Shown here: in pieces, positions 39,760-50,612 of the stretch
Numbering within the stretch: the stretch's first letter is position 1
Layout of the letters: each line of letters starts with the position of its first letter
Origin: an uncultured Verrucomicrobiae bacterium
GTDB lineage: Bacteria > Verrucomicrobiota > Verrucomicrobiia > Chthoniobacterales > JAFAMB01
Length of the DNA: 64,000 bases
Direction of reading: 5' to 3'
NCBI GenBank assembly: GCA_963813025.1
Contig: CAWEXO010000011.1
Span: 1 to 64,000, forward strand
Notes under the pieces: generated by a model
What the model was told of the DNA's origin: nothing
Database searches by the model: none
Seen by the model: only the letters and a program-made list of their open reading frames with translations
Position numbers and translations under genes: made by a program

Positions 39760-40540
39760 CTACTTTTCAGCTTTTGGCTCGGCACAGAACTGGCTGACTA
39801 AATATTGATAGCTTTGCCGGAGTGAGTCGAACGGGTCTCCCGGCGTAGTATCCTGCTCCACGATAAACAAACTGGTGCCTCCGTTTTCCGCCTCCTGGAT
39901 AATTCGGTGAAAATCCAGGTTACCGTTGCCGATCTCCGCATAATCGGGCTTACCATGCACGATAACATAATCTTTTAAATGGAGCGCGGGAATGCGTCCC
40001 GCGTACTTGCGGCAATAAGCGGTCGGATCACCGCCGCCGTGTTGCACCCAATAAGTGTCGAGCTCAAAAGCAAGATCGGGAGCATGATTAAGAATGAAAT
40101 CCAGAATAGTCATTCCGCCGTATTTCGCGAACTCAAGGGAATGGTTATGATATCCGAGAATCATTCCGGCGGATCGGAATTCTTCGGCGGACTTCTGCAA
40201 TTTTTCGGCGAAGGGAGACGACCGCGTTGTGATCGGCCAGATCAAATCCGGCCGGATAGGGATAGGCGGCGAACTGGCATCCCAGAATAGCCAGCTTTTC
40301 GATCACTTGGGCGGGCTCCTTTAGCAACTGCTGAGCTTGTTCGTGGGTTGCCGCAATCCGCAGACCCTGATCGGCGGCAATCTGCGCCACCTCTTTGGGC
40401 GGGATCGGGCCAATCCCGGAAACCTGGATCGTTTCGTAGCCAATCTCGCGGATCTTTTGCAGGCTGATCGCCAGATCCTGAGCGGTCTGGCAGGTGTGAC
40501 GGACGGTGTACAGGATGACGGCGAGTTGGGAGTTTTTCAT
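39760..40540 (-). CDS. Sugar phosphate isomerase/epimerase (xylose-isomerase-like TIM barrel); frameshift at ~40215
   Basis: LYTVR, YHNHSLEF, ELDTYWV, HLKD, EIGNGNLDF, VEQD. Confidence 0.9.
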
Positions 40541-40619
40541 TGTTGAAGACGCACGTGGTATGAATCGGCGAGTGGGCGAATGGGCGAAGGTTACAGGTCA
40601 GCAAAAGGCACGCCCGGTT

Positions 40620-40795
40620 CCTCTTTTGTTGCGAGAGGTCCAGGAGAGAGATCGATCAAACATCCTGACGATCCAAGCTATGACCTCGTCGTACGCGTCG
40701 TCAAGCCGCTCAAATGTTTCCTTCGGCCGTGTAGCGCTGTCGAAAGGCGATCTCGAGGTGCACCTGGGTAGTGTCGACTTCGGTTCAGCGTTATT
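40620..40795 (-). pseudogene. Four-helix-bundle protein remnant, C-terminal half
   Basis: Across frameshifts: NNAE/TEVDTTQVHLEIAFRQRY/KETFERLDDAYDEVIAWIVRMFDRSLSW; followed by (ggcgaatg)-type tandem repeats at 40567-40588. Confidence 0.6.
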
Positions 40796-41142
40796 CCGGT
40801 TCACAACGAGAGCTGCCTGGCTAGCGCCGCCTGCGCCAGGCCTCGGCGTCGCCTCCCGCGATACGGACGAGGCCGTCCGCGCTACGCCGGTGCGCTCGCG
40901 TGAACCCTTTTCAGCAGCCGGATATGTTCGAGCGAGAGCCTACGGAAGACACATCCTTTTGTGGTGCCAACAGTCCGAAAACGGCGCAAACGAGTGCTCG
41001 CTAAGGCTCGAATGAAATTTCACCCTATCGGCACAGCGCCAAAGTGGCTCTCGACTTCAGTACGCCTCAAGTTGTCCTTTGCAAAGCCGACTTGCGAGAT
41101 AACTTCCCTTACGAAAACCGCCGATGTAAACGGTCTCGCAAG

Positions 41143-41989
41143 ATGTCAATCAGTCGACGCAACTTTCTTCGGATCACTACCGCCGCCACCGTAACCACCG
41201 CTCTCGGTGGAGCAACGCTCAGGTATGCCACCGCCGTCGAGCCGAATGATTTGGTTATCACTCGAACAAACGTGCCGTTAGCGCGGCTGCCGAGTTCGTT
41301 TGATGGCTTCCGAATCGTTCTCCTGACCGACCTGCATCTTCATCCGTTCACGTCGACGGCTCTGATTCAACGAACCATCGAATTGACCAACTCGTTGCAA
41401 CCGGACCTTGTTCTGCTGGGAGGCGATTTTGTCTGCGGCTTTGCCGAAGCTGCTTTCGAACTCGGATCGATGCTCAAAAAGCTTAGTCCGAGGCACGGCG
41501 TGTTTGCCGTGCTCGGAAATTATGATCACTATCGGGGAGCACCCGTCGTCGAGGCAGCCTTTCGCGAGAACGCGATCAAGCTCCTGATGAATGAAGGCGT
41601 TGTCCTGGCATTGGGCGGAAAGTCTATCTTCCTGGCCGGCCTCGGATTCGGCCTCGGAGGGATTTCCCGATCCCGGTAAAGCCTTCGGCTCTCGTCGATC
41701 GGAGCCGGTTACTTTGGCGCTTGTTCACGAACCGGATTATCTTGACACCTTGAGCCGTCTGGCTTCGGTCGACCTGCAGTTATCCGGACACACCCATGGC
41801 GGACAGGTACGGATTCCTTACCTCGGCCCCATCATCCTTCCACCGCTCGGAAGGAAGTACGTGGAAGGCTTGCACCGCGTTGGCGCGAGCCTGGTCTACA
41901 CCAGCCGCGGCATCGGGATGGTAGAGCTGCCTTTCCGCTTCGATTGCCCGCCGGAAATCAGTGAGATCACTCTGGTGGCCTCGTCTTGA
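41143..41989 (+). CDS. Metallophosphoesterase (YkuE/YaeI-like) with twin-arginine signal; frameshift at ~41645
   Basis: SRRNFL; DLH, GGDF, LGNYD, HEPD, SGHTHGGQV, SRGIG. Confidence 0.9.
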
Positions 41990-42050
41990 GTTGCCGGCCA
42001 GCAACCTCTCGGCTCGGCGACACTCCTGTGCCGGGCGGATCTTCACCAAA

Positions 42051-43937
42051 TCAGATCTCGACTTGGCGACCGATTTCTACCACTGCGCCACGGGGCAGGT
42101 TAACGAATTCACTGACATGGGCGGAGTTGCGCTGCAAGAAGGCGAAGAGCGCTTCTCGCCACATCGGCAGACGCGGCCGATCTGCTCGGCGAAGGACTCT
42201 TTCATGACCAACGTAGTAGGTCACGTCAGAGAGTTCGAGCGTGCACCCGCAGCGTAGGGTCTCCTGCAGCAACGACGGGATGTCGGGCGTTTCCATAAAG
42301 CCGTAGCGCGCCATTCCATTCCAAAAATCAGGCGCAACAAGTTCAATCGTCAGCCGATCGGTCTGCGGTATCCAAGGCCTGGACTCCGTAATCAGGGTCA
42401 GCGCAAGCAGCTTTCGATGGAGCGCCCGATTGTGTTTAACGTGCCAGACCATGACCGGCGGCACTTCGCTCGTCGCTCTCGTAAGAAACACCGCAGTACC
42501 CGGCACTCGGGCAACGCCGGCCTCCTTAATGCGGGCGATGAATTCGGCGGCCGGCTCAGTGCGGCAACGGAGCGCTTCGGAAACCGCGGACGCTCCGCGA
42601 TGCCAGGTCGTCAAGATGCAGTACACTCCAGCCGCGAGCATGAGCGGAACCCAGCCTCCATCCGCGACCTTCAGGAGATTCGCCGCCACGAAGGCGCCGT
42701 CCACACAGAAGAACAAGGCGGCGACCAGAGCGCTGAGCGCCAGGCTCCACCGCCAGATCTCGCGCATCGCAACGAACAGGAGCATTGTTGTCAAAAGCAT
42801 CGTCAGCGATACCGCGATACCATACGCGGCGGCGAGGCGATCTGAGGAGCCAAACCCAACGGTCAAACCGACCGTGACAATCATCAGCAGCCAGTTGACG
42901 GCGCCGACGTAAATCTGACCATAGCCTTCCGATGAGGTCTGGCTGATCCGCAGTCGCGGACACCAGCCGAGCTGTATCGCCTGTCTCGTCATCGAGAATG
43001 CACCGGTGATGATCGCCTGGCTTGCGATGATCGTTGCGACAGTGGCGAGGACGATCAAGGGAAGTAGTAATGGAGCCGGACAAAGGCGATAAAAGATGTT
43101 GTCCTGGATCGACGCGCCCGCCAACACCAGCGCCGTCTGGCCCGCATAGTTCAAGAGCAGAGCGGGAAGCACCAAGGTGTACCACGCCACGCGGATCGGT
43201 CGGACGCCGACGTGCCCCATATCCGCGTAAAGCGCTTCAGCCCCGGTCACGCAGAGGAACACGCCCCCGAGCACAAAGAAACCGCTGGCGCCATGGGTAA
43301 ATAGGAAGGTCAAGCCCAGGCGTGGATCCAAGGCCCGGAGTACCGAAGGATGCTGTATCACCCCCCAGAGCCCAAGGAAGCCAATGCAGATGAACCACAG
43401 CATCATGATCGGCCCGAATACATGGCCGATGCGGGCGGTGCCCTGCGATTGTACGGCAAAGAGCACCACCAGGATAACAACCGAAGCCGGCAGGACAAAG
43501 GGTGTCACCACTGGCTCTACGATCTTCAGGCCCTCGATCGCCGACAAAACCGAGATCGCGGGGGTAATCGCTCCGTCGCCATAAATGAGCGCCGCTCCGA
43601 AAAGGCCGATTGCGATGATCCCCGTCCGATGCCCCTTCTTGACTCCCAGCAGAGACATCAGGGCGAGAATGCCACCCTCGCCATCGTTGTCGACACGCAT
43701 GACCAGGCTGACGTACTTGACTGAGGTCACGATGAGCAGCGTCCAAATGATCAATGACAAGAGACCGAGGGCCACTTGCGGCGACGGCTTGCCACCGGCG
43801 AGTTCGATCACGGTCTTCAGCGTATAAAGCGGGCTCGTGCCGATATCCCCGAAGACGATCCCAAGCGCAGTCAGTGCCAGGGCGGCGACGTTTCCAGTGG
43901 GGCCGGAAGTTCCATTTTTGACCGATAGTTTTTCCAT
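42051..43937 (-). CDS. kup: KUP/HAK/KT potassium transporter
   Basis: GIVFGDIGTSPLY, DNDGEGG, GDGAITPAISV, TGAEALYADMGH, RYGFME. Confidence 0.96.
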   Translation of the reverse strand: MEKLSVKNGTSGPTGNVAALALTALGIVFGDIGTSPLYTLKTVIELAGGKPSPQVALGLLSLIIWTLLIVTSVKYVSLVMRVDNDGEGGILALMSLLGVKKGHRTGIIAIGLFGAALIYGDGAITPAISVLSAIEGLKIVEPVVTPFVLPASVVILVVLFAVQSQGTARIGHVFGPIMMLWFICIGFLGLWGVIQHPSVLRALDPRLGLTFLFTHGASGFFVLGGVFLCVTGAEALYADMGHVGVRPIRVAWYTLVLPALLLNYAGQTALVLAGASIQDNIFYRLCPAPLLLPLIVLATVATIIASQAIITGAFSMTRQAIQLGWCPRLRISQTSSEGYGQIYVGAVNWLLMIVTVGLTVGFGSSDRLAAAYGIAVSLTMLLTTMLLFVAMREIWRWSLALSALVAALFFCVDGAFVAANLLKVADGGWVPLMLAAGVYCILTTWHRGASAVSEALRCRTEPAAEFIARIKEAGVARVPGTAVFLTRATSEVPPVMVWHVKHNRALHRKLLALTLITESRPWIPQTDRLTIELVAPDFWNGMARYGFMETPDIPSLLQETLRCGCTLELSDVTYYVGHERVLRRADRPRLPMWREALFAFLQRNSAHVSEFVNLPRGAVVEIGRQVEI

Positions 43938-44102
43938 TGGTTTTCTGGCCTCGAGCGAACTGGAACAGGGATGAAAAACGCGGATCGCCGGATTGCAACG
44001 GCGAGCCCCAAGGTAGCAGTCCGAAGAAGAGAAGTCAGGGCCGAGCGAAGTAAATCTCTGTGACCTTTGCGGTCATCTGTGCTAAGTCGTCGCAAGTCAA
44101 CA

Positions 44103-44174
44103 GTCCCCGTAGTTCAACGGATAGAACGGAGGTTTCCTAAACCTTAAATGTGGGTTCGATTCCCGCCGGGGACA
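44103..44174 (+). tRNA. tRNA-Arg (anticodon CCT)
   Basis: Cloverleaf: acceptor gtccccg/cggggac, D arm gttc/gaac, anticodon arm gaggt-ttCCTaa-acctt, T arm gtggg-ttcgatt-cccgc; CCA not encoded. Confidence 0.95.
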
Positions 44175-44194
44175 GTGTGGGAAGCGGCGGGAGC

Positions 44195-44490
44195 GGTGGG
44201 AGCGGGTTCAGCGGAGGGAGGTAGTTGGACAATTGAGCGTGGTCTACGCCGAGAGTTCGGTTCGGCGTAGACAAGAACGACGCGGTTGATGCGGGGGAGG
44301 CTGGTACATGATTAGCTTGCGGCCTGTCAGCTTCGGTTTGCCGGAGCCGCGGAATGATTGCGCGCTGGCTTCAGTATCGGCGGGCAGTAGACGACAAACG
44401 CCGGTATGCGACCTCTCTTGGAACAAGGGTTGACCAGCTTGCAACTGCTCTGCTCTCGCGCTACCTCCCTCCGCTGAACCCGCTCCCACC
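44195..44490. repeat. Perfect 30-bp inverted repeat enclosing 236 bp directly downstream of the tRNA
   Basis: ggtgggagcgggttcagcggagggaggtag (44195-44224) is the exact reverse complement of 44461-44490; internal hairpin gtctacgccga...tcggcgtagac. Confidence 0.85.
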
Positions 44491-44824
44491 AGTACCACCG
44501 CTCTCCGAATATGCCATTGGCAGAATCCCCACGGCGCAGGCTGAAGGACGTTATGGATTATCAGAAGAAGCGGCGGACGTTTTTTGAGGTAACTTCGACT
44601 TTTCGAGACATTCTGAGCACGTTGTTGTTCTGCTGCGGAATAGAAATCGCGGAAGTCCCCTGCATGCCTTTTGAACTCGATGCTTTGTGCGGGTAAACAG
44701 CGCTGTTTTGGCTGGTGAGTGCCCGCGTTGACCAGCTTTTTAGTTCCCGTCCCAGTGGAAGGAAGCGGGCTAGACCGAAAGAAAAGGTCAAAGCCATCCG
44801 CCGGACCGGCGCAAGGCTACCTCC

Positions 44825-45421
44825 GTGAATAGTACTCCAGCGCGCTTCGCAGAGTTGGTCGCGATGCTAGGAACTACTAGCGGCAGCAACAAGTTTGACG
44901 TCGGTGAAAACCTTGATATCTCAAGTGATGTGACCTGTGCAGTCGACTTATTTGGGCCGGCAGATTTCACGGCGCCTGAGATGAGTTCTGATGGAGGCGC
45001 CCTCGCTTTGCTGGGAGGCCCGATTCAAGACCATCTCGACGCGGCCCGGTCAACCAGCCCGATTTACTACATTCACGCCGACCAACCTCCCCTGCTTGTC
45101 ATCCACGGAACAGCCGATCACTTAGTTCCATTTCTTCAAAGCGAGCGGTTAGTCGACGCAATGGAAAAAGCTGGTGCACCTTTCTATTTTCACACTGTAG
45201 TTGGCGCAGGGCACAATCCTTATTTTGGACTCAATTTCAATGCATCCAAAACTAACTTCGAAGGAAGCGGGGGCGGTGTCGGCTTGTTTGAAGATCCACT
45301 GGTTGAACCTCTAATTTTTGCCTTTTTCAGACATTATCTTCTCGAAGGTCACAAAGACCTGTTTACGGGCTCGGGATCGAATAACTCTACGATAAAGCCG
45401 GCGAGCGAAATCGGCCGATAG
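44825..45421 (+). pseudogene. 5'-truncated alpha/beta hydrolase (BD-FAE-like esterase)
   Basis: LVAMLGT, AVDLFGPADF, SPIYYI...PPLLVIHGTADHLVP, GAGH; the nucleophile motif expected before LVAMLG and the N-terminal half are absent. Confidence 0.7.
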
Positions 45422-45530
45422 TTGTGGTTGTGCCTGCGGCCCTCGACGAGAGAACCGGCCCGAGGACCGGTTAAGAATTGATTCTCGTCTTCAGGTAAGA
45501 CAAACAAAAAACGATATTGAACATAAAATT

Positions 45531-46721
45531 ATGAACAAGATTACGCGCCTCATTTTACTGACGCATGCCGCGCTCGGTTTTTCGCTAGCACCGGCTCCCG
45601 CCCAAACCCCAGCCCCCGCGCAGCCAACACCCACGCCCAGATTGCGAAATAAATTGACCGAGGTGCTACCGGACAGGCGCGTAACGTTCCGGCTGTTAGC
45701 GCCGAAAGCGAATGCCGTGGACGTCATTATCGGCATCAAAAGCGGACCCTACGAGCCGCAAGGATCCACGACCGCCGCGATGACCAAGGATGTGAACGGC
45801 CTCTGGAGCGTGACGTTGGGGCCCTTAGAGCCGAATCTCTACGCGTACCAATTCAGCCTCGATGGGCGTAAAATTTCTGATCCAGGCAACGACATGCCCA
45901 AACCGCAGCGGCAGGTTGACACGAGCCTGCTGTTAATTCCCGGTACGCCCCCTGATTTCCTGGACGTCCAAAACGGTGCGCATGGAACAATGCGCGATGA
46001 GACCTACTATTCGACCACGCTTGGCAAGAACCGGCGGGTCTTGGTGTACACCCCGCCGAGCTACGACCGTTCTCGCGCTCCCTTACCTGTCCTTTACCTC
46101 TACCACGGCTTCTGGGACACGCGCTACTCCTGGGTAACTGAAGGGAGATTGGCGCAAATCCTGGACAACTTACTTGCTGACGGAAAAGCAGTTCCGATGA
46201 TCGTGGTCGTCCCGGAAGCGCACGCGCTACCTCCTGAGGATATTCCTGGCACGGACAACACACCTTATTTGGCGAAAAATCAGCAGGCGGTGGACGAAGA
46301 GCTTTTCCACGACATCATTCCTTTTGTCGACACCCACTATAACATCAGCCAGGAGCCCCGGGACCGAGCCATTGCGGGGCTATCCATGGGCGGACTCCAG
46401 GCGATTGAGACCGGAATCGTGCACCTGGGCTATTTTCGTTGGATCGGTGCCTTCAGCCCTGGCGTTCGTCCCGCGGCGCTCTCCGAGGAGTTTAAAAACG
46501 CCCTAATGGAGCCGGACAAGATCAATAAAAATCTACTCCTTTTCGACATCGTCACCGGCGATGACGATAAAATCGTCGGAGAAGATGTGAGGAACTTCGA
46601 GGACCAGCTAAAGCAAGCAAACGTCCAACACGTCTATACGCTTTTACCCGGCGGAACCCATAGCATGTTCGTCTGGAGACCTGCGCTCAACAGTTTCCTA
46701 CAACAAGTCTTCAAGTCCTGA
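45531..46721 (+). CDS. Secreted esterase (CE1-like) with N-terminal Ig-like/CBM48-like domain
   Basis: Signal peptide, VTFRLLAPKA, VYTPPSY, PVLYLYHG, RAIAGLSMGG, GTHSMFVW. Confidence 0.9.
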   Translation: MNKITRLILLTHAALGFSLAPAPAQTPAPAQPTPTPRLRNKLTEVLPDRRVTFRLLAPKANAVDVIIGIKSGPYEPQGSTTAAMTKDVNGLWSVTLGPLEPNLYAYQFSLDGRKISDPGNDMPKPQRQVDTSLLLIPGTPPDFLDVQNGAHGTMRDETYYSTTLGKNRRVLVYTPPSYDRSRAPLPVLYLYHGFWDTRYSWVTEGRLAQILDNLLADGKAVPMIVVVPEAHALPPEDIPGTDNTPYLAKNQQAVDEELFHDIIPFVDTHYNISQEPRDRAIAGLSMGGLQAIETGIVHLGYFRWIGAFSPGVRPAALSEEFKNALMEPDKINKNLLLFDIVTGDDDKIVGEDVRNFEDQLKQANVQHVYTLLPGGTHSMFVWRPALNSFLQQVFKS

Positions 46722-46797
46722 TGCCGGTACCCCGCGCTATTCACCGAGTTGCTTCAGACTACGCTGGCCAGTTTGACCTGACGAATTCGGGCACTCT

Positions 46798-47640
46798 TTA
46801 ACTTTTGTATGTAAGGATGCGGCCCCAAAGACTCTTGGTTCCCCAGATGCCCGAACGCAGGCATTCGAGCTGGACGATCTGGCTGTGATCCACAAAGAGG
46901 TTTACTTCCGCACCGTAATTTTTGATATACCACGAGAAGACTTCAGGATCCGCCGCTTCAAACATCGGCTTCTCCAGTCCTAGAGCGCTGATGATCCTGG
47001 CGACCACACCGGTTCGCCATGTCTTCACGTTCTCAGTGATGCCCTCCGACTCAATCATAATCATATAGGCACCGGCATCGACAAAACGTTTCGCCTGCGC
47101 GATTGCCCATTCGGGATCGCGCGTTCCTTCGGCTTCCAACTCCACCGCGGCAGTTGCTCCGCCCGCCCCGAACTGGATTCCCACCTCGGGCTTGGCTTTC
47201 AAACCCGCCTTTTGCACTTTCTCCACCAGCCGCAGCCAATCGTCGGTCGGGATCGTGATGAAGCCGGTGGAGACTTCCACGATATCGAAGCCAAGTCGCT
47301 TACATTCTTCAATGTAGCGAGTGACTGCGTCCGGCCCTTGCGTCAGCACGTACTCGATAAAACCGCCAGTGGAGACCAGAACGTTGTGCGCATGGCAGAG
47401 GTCAAGCAGTTCCTTCACCACTCTGGGTGGCATCAAACTGAATGATCCAGCGGCGAACTTGAGCACGTCCACATACGCGCCCATCGTCTCCAGAACATCC
47501 TGCAGGTAGTACTTTCCCATTGGTGTGTAATACGGCCCACGAATCTCTGTTACGCCGCGCGACCGCGGCTTGGCCTGACGCTCATTAATTTTTAGGAAGT
47601 CAAAGGCACGATCCTGGCTGTGAATTTTTGCCTTAGTCAT
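46798..47640 (-). CDS. comA: Phosphosulfolactate synthase (ComA)/HSA32-family protein
   Basis: KPRSRGVTEIRGPYY, YVDVLKF, STGGFIE, LKAKPEVG, MIMIESEG, FEAA, YGAEVNLF. Confidence 0.85.
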   Translation of the reverse strand: MTKAKIHSQDRAFDFLKINERQAKPRSRGVTEIRGPYYTPMGKYYLQDVLETMGAYVDVLKFAAGSFSLMPPRVVKELLDLCHAHNVLVSTGGFIEYVLTQGPDAVTRYIEECKRLGFDIVEVSTGFITIPTDDWLRLVEKVQKAGLKAKPEVGIQFGAGGATAAVELEAEGTRDPEWAIAQAKRFVDAGAYMIMIESEGITENVKTWRTGVVARIISALGLEKPMFEAADPEVFSWYIKNYGAEVNLFVDHSQIVQLECLRSGIWGTKSLWGRILTYKS

Positions 47641-47663
47641 GGTGGCATTCTTCGGTTCATGGT

Positions 47664-49025
47664 TTAGATGCACCCGGTTAGTAGCCCTGTTAAGTCCGCA
47701 ATTTGAATGGATTCCAGACGAGTGACGGCATCCAGAATTTCTTCGCGCAAAGCGGCGTCAGCAAAGTCGCTGCCGAGCCGCTCGTATTTATCGGCCACGG
47801 TCGGCCACGACATCGGCCGAGTGTGAAATCCTTCGTAATCATGTTTTTCCTTGATCAACGTTCGCCCTTCTCGCAGGTGAACGATGATGCGGGATGGCAT
47901 CGCGTTCGGGAATTGAGCGCTAAAGGCTGGAGACGCCCGCACCGCGATTTTCCGCAGCAGATTCTGTACGTCGAAACGCTGAATTCGTTCCGGCAAGTAT
48001 TGTTCGGGCATGACCTGGTCGTCCAGAATGGCAACTGCCACCATGTACTGGAGACTGTGATCGGCTTGCTCTTTTGTGCGTACGATAGTCTTGTCACCTT
48101 CTTCGCCGCCGCCGATGATATTGTAAGCCACGTCGAAAATCTCGATCTCTACTCGATCCATGTCCTTGCCGGCAATCTGGTGTTCGTTTTTGAGTTCTAG
48201 CACGCCTTCGATGGCTGACTGCGAATGGATTTCGGCGTTATACTTCTTGACGATGGTGCGATTCACTCGCTCCAGGTTCTCTTTGGACCAGTCGATTTCG
48301 AAACGGCCGGCGATCGCATCCATAAAACCTTTGTTTCCTTCGAAGACCTCGGGCGGGCCAGTGATGCCCCACTTGGCCAGGAATGCCGCGTGCGTCGCGC
48401 CAAAGGCCGTGTTCGGATAGGCTAACCCTTTCCAATGCGAGAGCGTCCCTGTTCGTGTCGCACGCAACGCATTGAACCCGGTTCCGGCCATGGCGATGGC
48501 ATTTGCAGTTTGCGCTTGGTTCAACCCGAGTGCCTTGGATACCCCGGCGGCAACCGCGTAAGCCCCTTGCGTGGTGTGGTCAAATCCCTTGGCGCGCACC
48601 GGAGCGACTTCACTCAAGCGACACTGCACTTGGTACGCCACGGCCAGTGCCGTGAGCAGGTCGCGTCCGCTTCGACCCGCATACTCAGAGGCGGCCAGAA
48701 CCGATCCGAAGTTATCACTGGGGTGACAGGTCTCGCCGCTGGCTAGAAAGCTGTCGTTGAAATCCAGATAGCGCACCAGTGCGCTGTTGTAGAATGCTGC
48801 GCGATCCGGCGCCGTGCGCCCTCCACCGATCAGTGTGCAATGGCTGACACCGCCGAAATCCTCCGTAAGCGCACGAATTAACTGAATCGGCTCGCCGTTC
48901 AACGCGCCCATCGCGCAGCCAAGCGAGTCCAGGATGCGAATCTTCAATTGATCGCGCGCCGCCGCTGACATTTCATCGTACGAGGCGCGCACCACGAATC
49001 CGGCGAGCTGTTCAACGAGCGTCAT
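47664..49025 (-). CDS. MmgE/PrpD-family protein
   Basis: LDSLGCA, RYLDFND, CHPSDN, GFDHT, ADHSLQY. Confidence 0.92.
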   Translation of the reverse strand: MTLVEQLAGFVVRASYDEMSAAARDQLKIRILDSLGCAMGALNGEPIQLIRALTEDFGGVSHCTLIGGGRTAPDRAAFYNSALVRYLDFNDSFLASGETCHPSDNFGSVLAASEYAGRSGRDLLTALAVAYQVQCRLSEVAPVRAKGFDHTTQGAYAVAAGVSKALGLNQAQTANAIAMAGTGFNALRATRTGTLSHWKGLAYPNTAFGATHAAFLAKWGITGPPEVFEGNKGFMDAIAGRFEIDWSKENLERVNRTIVKKYNAEIHSQSAIEGVLELKNEHQIAGKDMDRVEIEIFDVAYNIIGGGEEGDKTIVRTKEQADHSLQYMVAVAILDDQVMPEQYLPERIQRFDVQNLLRKIAVRASPAFSAQFPNAMPSRIIVHLREGRTLIKEKHDYEGFHTRPMSWPTVADKYERLGSDFADAALREEILDAVTRLESIQIADLTGLLTGCI

Positions 49026-49206
49026 CGGTGCCTCCGAGTTGGTTTGCCGCGCTTTTCGGAGTGAGATGCTCCGCGGCATCGAGGCGATCCTCCGGCTTCC
49101 CTCCACCGGATCCGTTGAGCGGTCCTTGCCTCTGTTTATGCCGGTGTCGTCGGCCATTCATATAACGACGAATTCGAAGAGAACGCCAAAGTATACCACT
49201 GAAACG

Positions 49207-49227
49207 GTATGTCGTTAAACGATATAC
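49207..49227. promoter_or_regulatory. Palindromic operator-like site between divergent genes
   Basis: GTATGTCGTT-A-AACGATATAC, 10-1-10 with one mismatch. Confidence 0.6.
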
Positions 49228-49435
49228 ATCCGACGTTCCTGCGGCTCAGACCCGCGGCCTGCGCCGCTTCCTCGATTGACACTTTTTCCCGGTACCGTTG
49301 AAGCGGTAACAATCGTAGCGGTCTGGCCGGCCAGCGTTACAAACTCGACCTCACAGGCGTCGTGCCGAGATACACATGGACAAACAAGCCAACATCGCTA
49401 TGGATTCCCAAAAGGCTTTCGCTACCTTTAAAGTG

Positions 49436-49792
49436 ATGGCAAGTGCAACGTTACAGGACGATACGGTAGTTGTCAGACTTGGGTTTCTCGAGAAGCTTGG
49501 CGCCCTCCATGGCGGGTTACGAGTGCCGCTCTCTGCTATTCGCGAGGTCTCAGTGGCAGATACATTTGTCCCAATACGCGGACTTCGACTCCCGGGGACG
49601 GGCGTGCCTGGAGTGATTGCTCTTGGAACTCGGAGATATCGTGGAGAACGCGACTTCACCGCCCTGTACAAGGGTAGAGAAGCGCTCGTTATGGAACTGG
49701 AGGGCTATAAGTACAAACGCGTCGCCATCTCGATTGCTGATCCGGAGATGAAGAGAGAGCAGATCAAACGGGCGATGAGTCCAGAAAAGTAA
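49436..49792 (+). CDS. Conserved hypothetical protein
   Basis: [16 protein letters not shown]...[17 protein letters not shown] motif-like sequence; 25 nt before the macro domain gene. Confidence 0.7.
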   Translation: MASATLQDDTVVVRLGFLEKLGALHGGLRVPLSAIREVSVADTFVPIRGLRLPGTGVPGVIALGTRRYRGERDFTALYKGREALVMELEGYKYKRVAISIADPEMKREQIKRAMSPEK

Positions 49793-49817
49793 ACCAGATT
49801 CCTTCCAGCGATGCTGT

Positions 49818-50336
49818 ATGGCTTCCGAGAATAGAATCCAGATCGTTGAGGCCGATATCACCGAACTTAACGTCGATGCCATCGTGAACGCGGCAAATGA
49901 ATCATTGCTCGGAGGCGGCGGCGTCGACGGGGCGATTCACTACGCTGCCGGCCCGGACTTACTCGCCGAATGCCGAAAACTGGGTGGCTGTCCGACCGGA
50001 CAAGCGAAGATCACCAAGGGATACAATTTACCAGCCAGGCATGTGATCCATACCGTCGGACCGGTCTGGCGCGGCGGTACTAAAAGAGAGCCAGAACTGT
50101 TGGCCAGTTGTTATCGGCACTCGTTAGCGCTGGCTGCCGATCATTCGTTGAAGACAATCGCATTTCCCGCAATCAGTTGCGGCATTTATGGTTATCCAAT
50201 CGATCAGGCGGTCCAAATCGCTGTTCACGAAACGATGGACTATCTCGCCAAACAGGCCGTTCCCGAAAAAGTGATTTTTGCGTGCTTTAACCGGGACATT
50301 TACACCGCGTATCAAAACGCGATCGCGAATGCTTGA
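49818..50336 (+). CDS. ymdB: Macro-domain O-acetyl-ADP-ribose deacetylase (YmdB-like)
   Basis: [40 protein letters not shown]. Confidence 0.92.
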   Translation: MASENRIQIVEADITELNVDAIVNAANESLLGGGGVDGAIHYAAGPDLLAECRKLGGCPTGQAKITKGYNLPARHVIHTVGPVWRGGTKREPELLASCYRHSLALAADHSLKTIAFPAISCGIYGYPIDQAVQIAVHETMDYLAKQAVPEKVIFACFNRDIYTAYQNAIANA

Positions 50337-50467
50337 GACGGTGTTCTGACCTTAGCGCGCACTCAGACCGATGCTGCACGCGTGCTGAAGCGCGACGCCG
50401 GGCGTCGGAGGAGGCTGCGCACGAAGGCAGAGAGGCCTTCTTGCGGACAGAAAGTTTCCACCCAGGT

Positions 50468-50523
50468 TTGACAAGGCAAAACCGCAAGCTTACATGATCG
50501 GTCACGTGATTAATCACGTAACC
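50468..50523 (+). promoter_or_regulatory. Promoter (-35 TTGACA) and LacI-type operator of the sugar ABC operon
   Basis: TTGACA at 50468-50473; 24-bp palindrome GGTCACGTGATT/AATCACGTAACC at 50500-50523 with one mismatch. Confidence 0.65.
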
Positions 50524-50612
50524 TAAACCGTCCCCCTTATTTGGTTCTTTGTCGTCTAAGTTTTTCATCACATCCCGCCCAAAATGGGCGTCGCGTTACC
50601 CCCATCCACATC

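Noticed and set aside
49030..49157. Possible MarR remnant (PEDRLDAAEHLTPKS) upstream of the MmgE/PrpD gene
   Set aside because: The match is too short and degenerate to support a call.
49818..50336. Macro domain as a DarG-type antitoxin
   Set aside because: Stand-alone YmdB-like sequence with no adjacent ADP-ribosyltransferase.
44103..50400. Integrative element or prophage at tRNA-Arg
   Set aside because: No integrase, phage genes or duplicated tRNA 3' end seen in the window.
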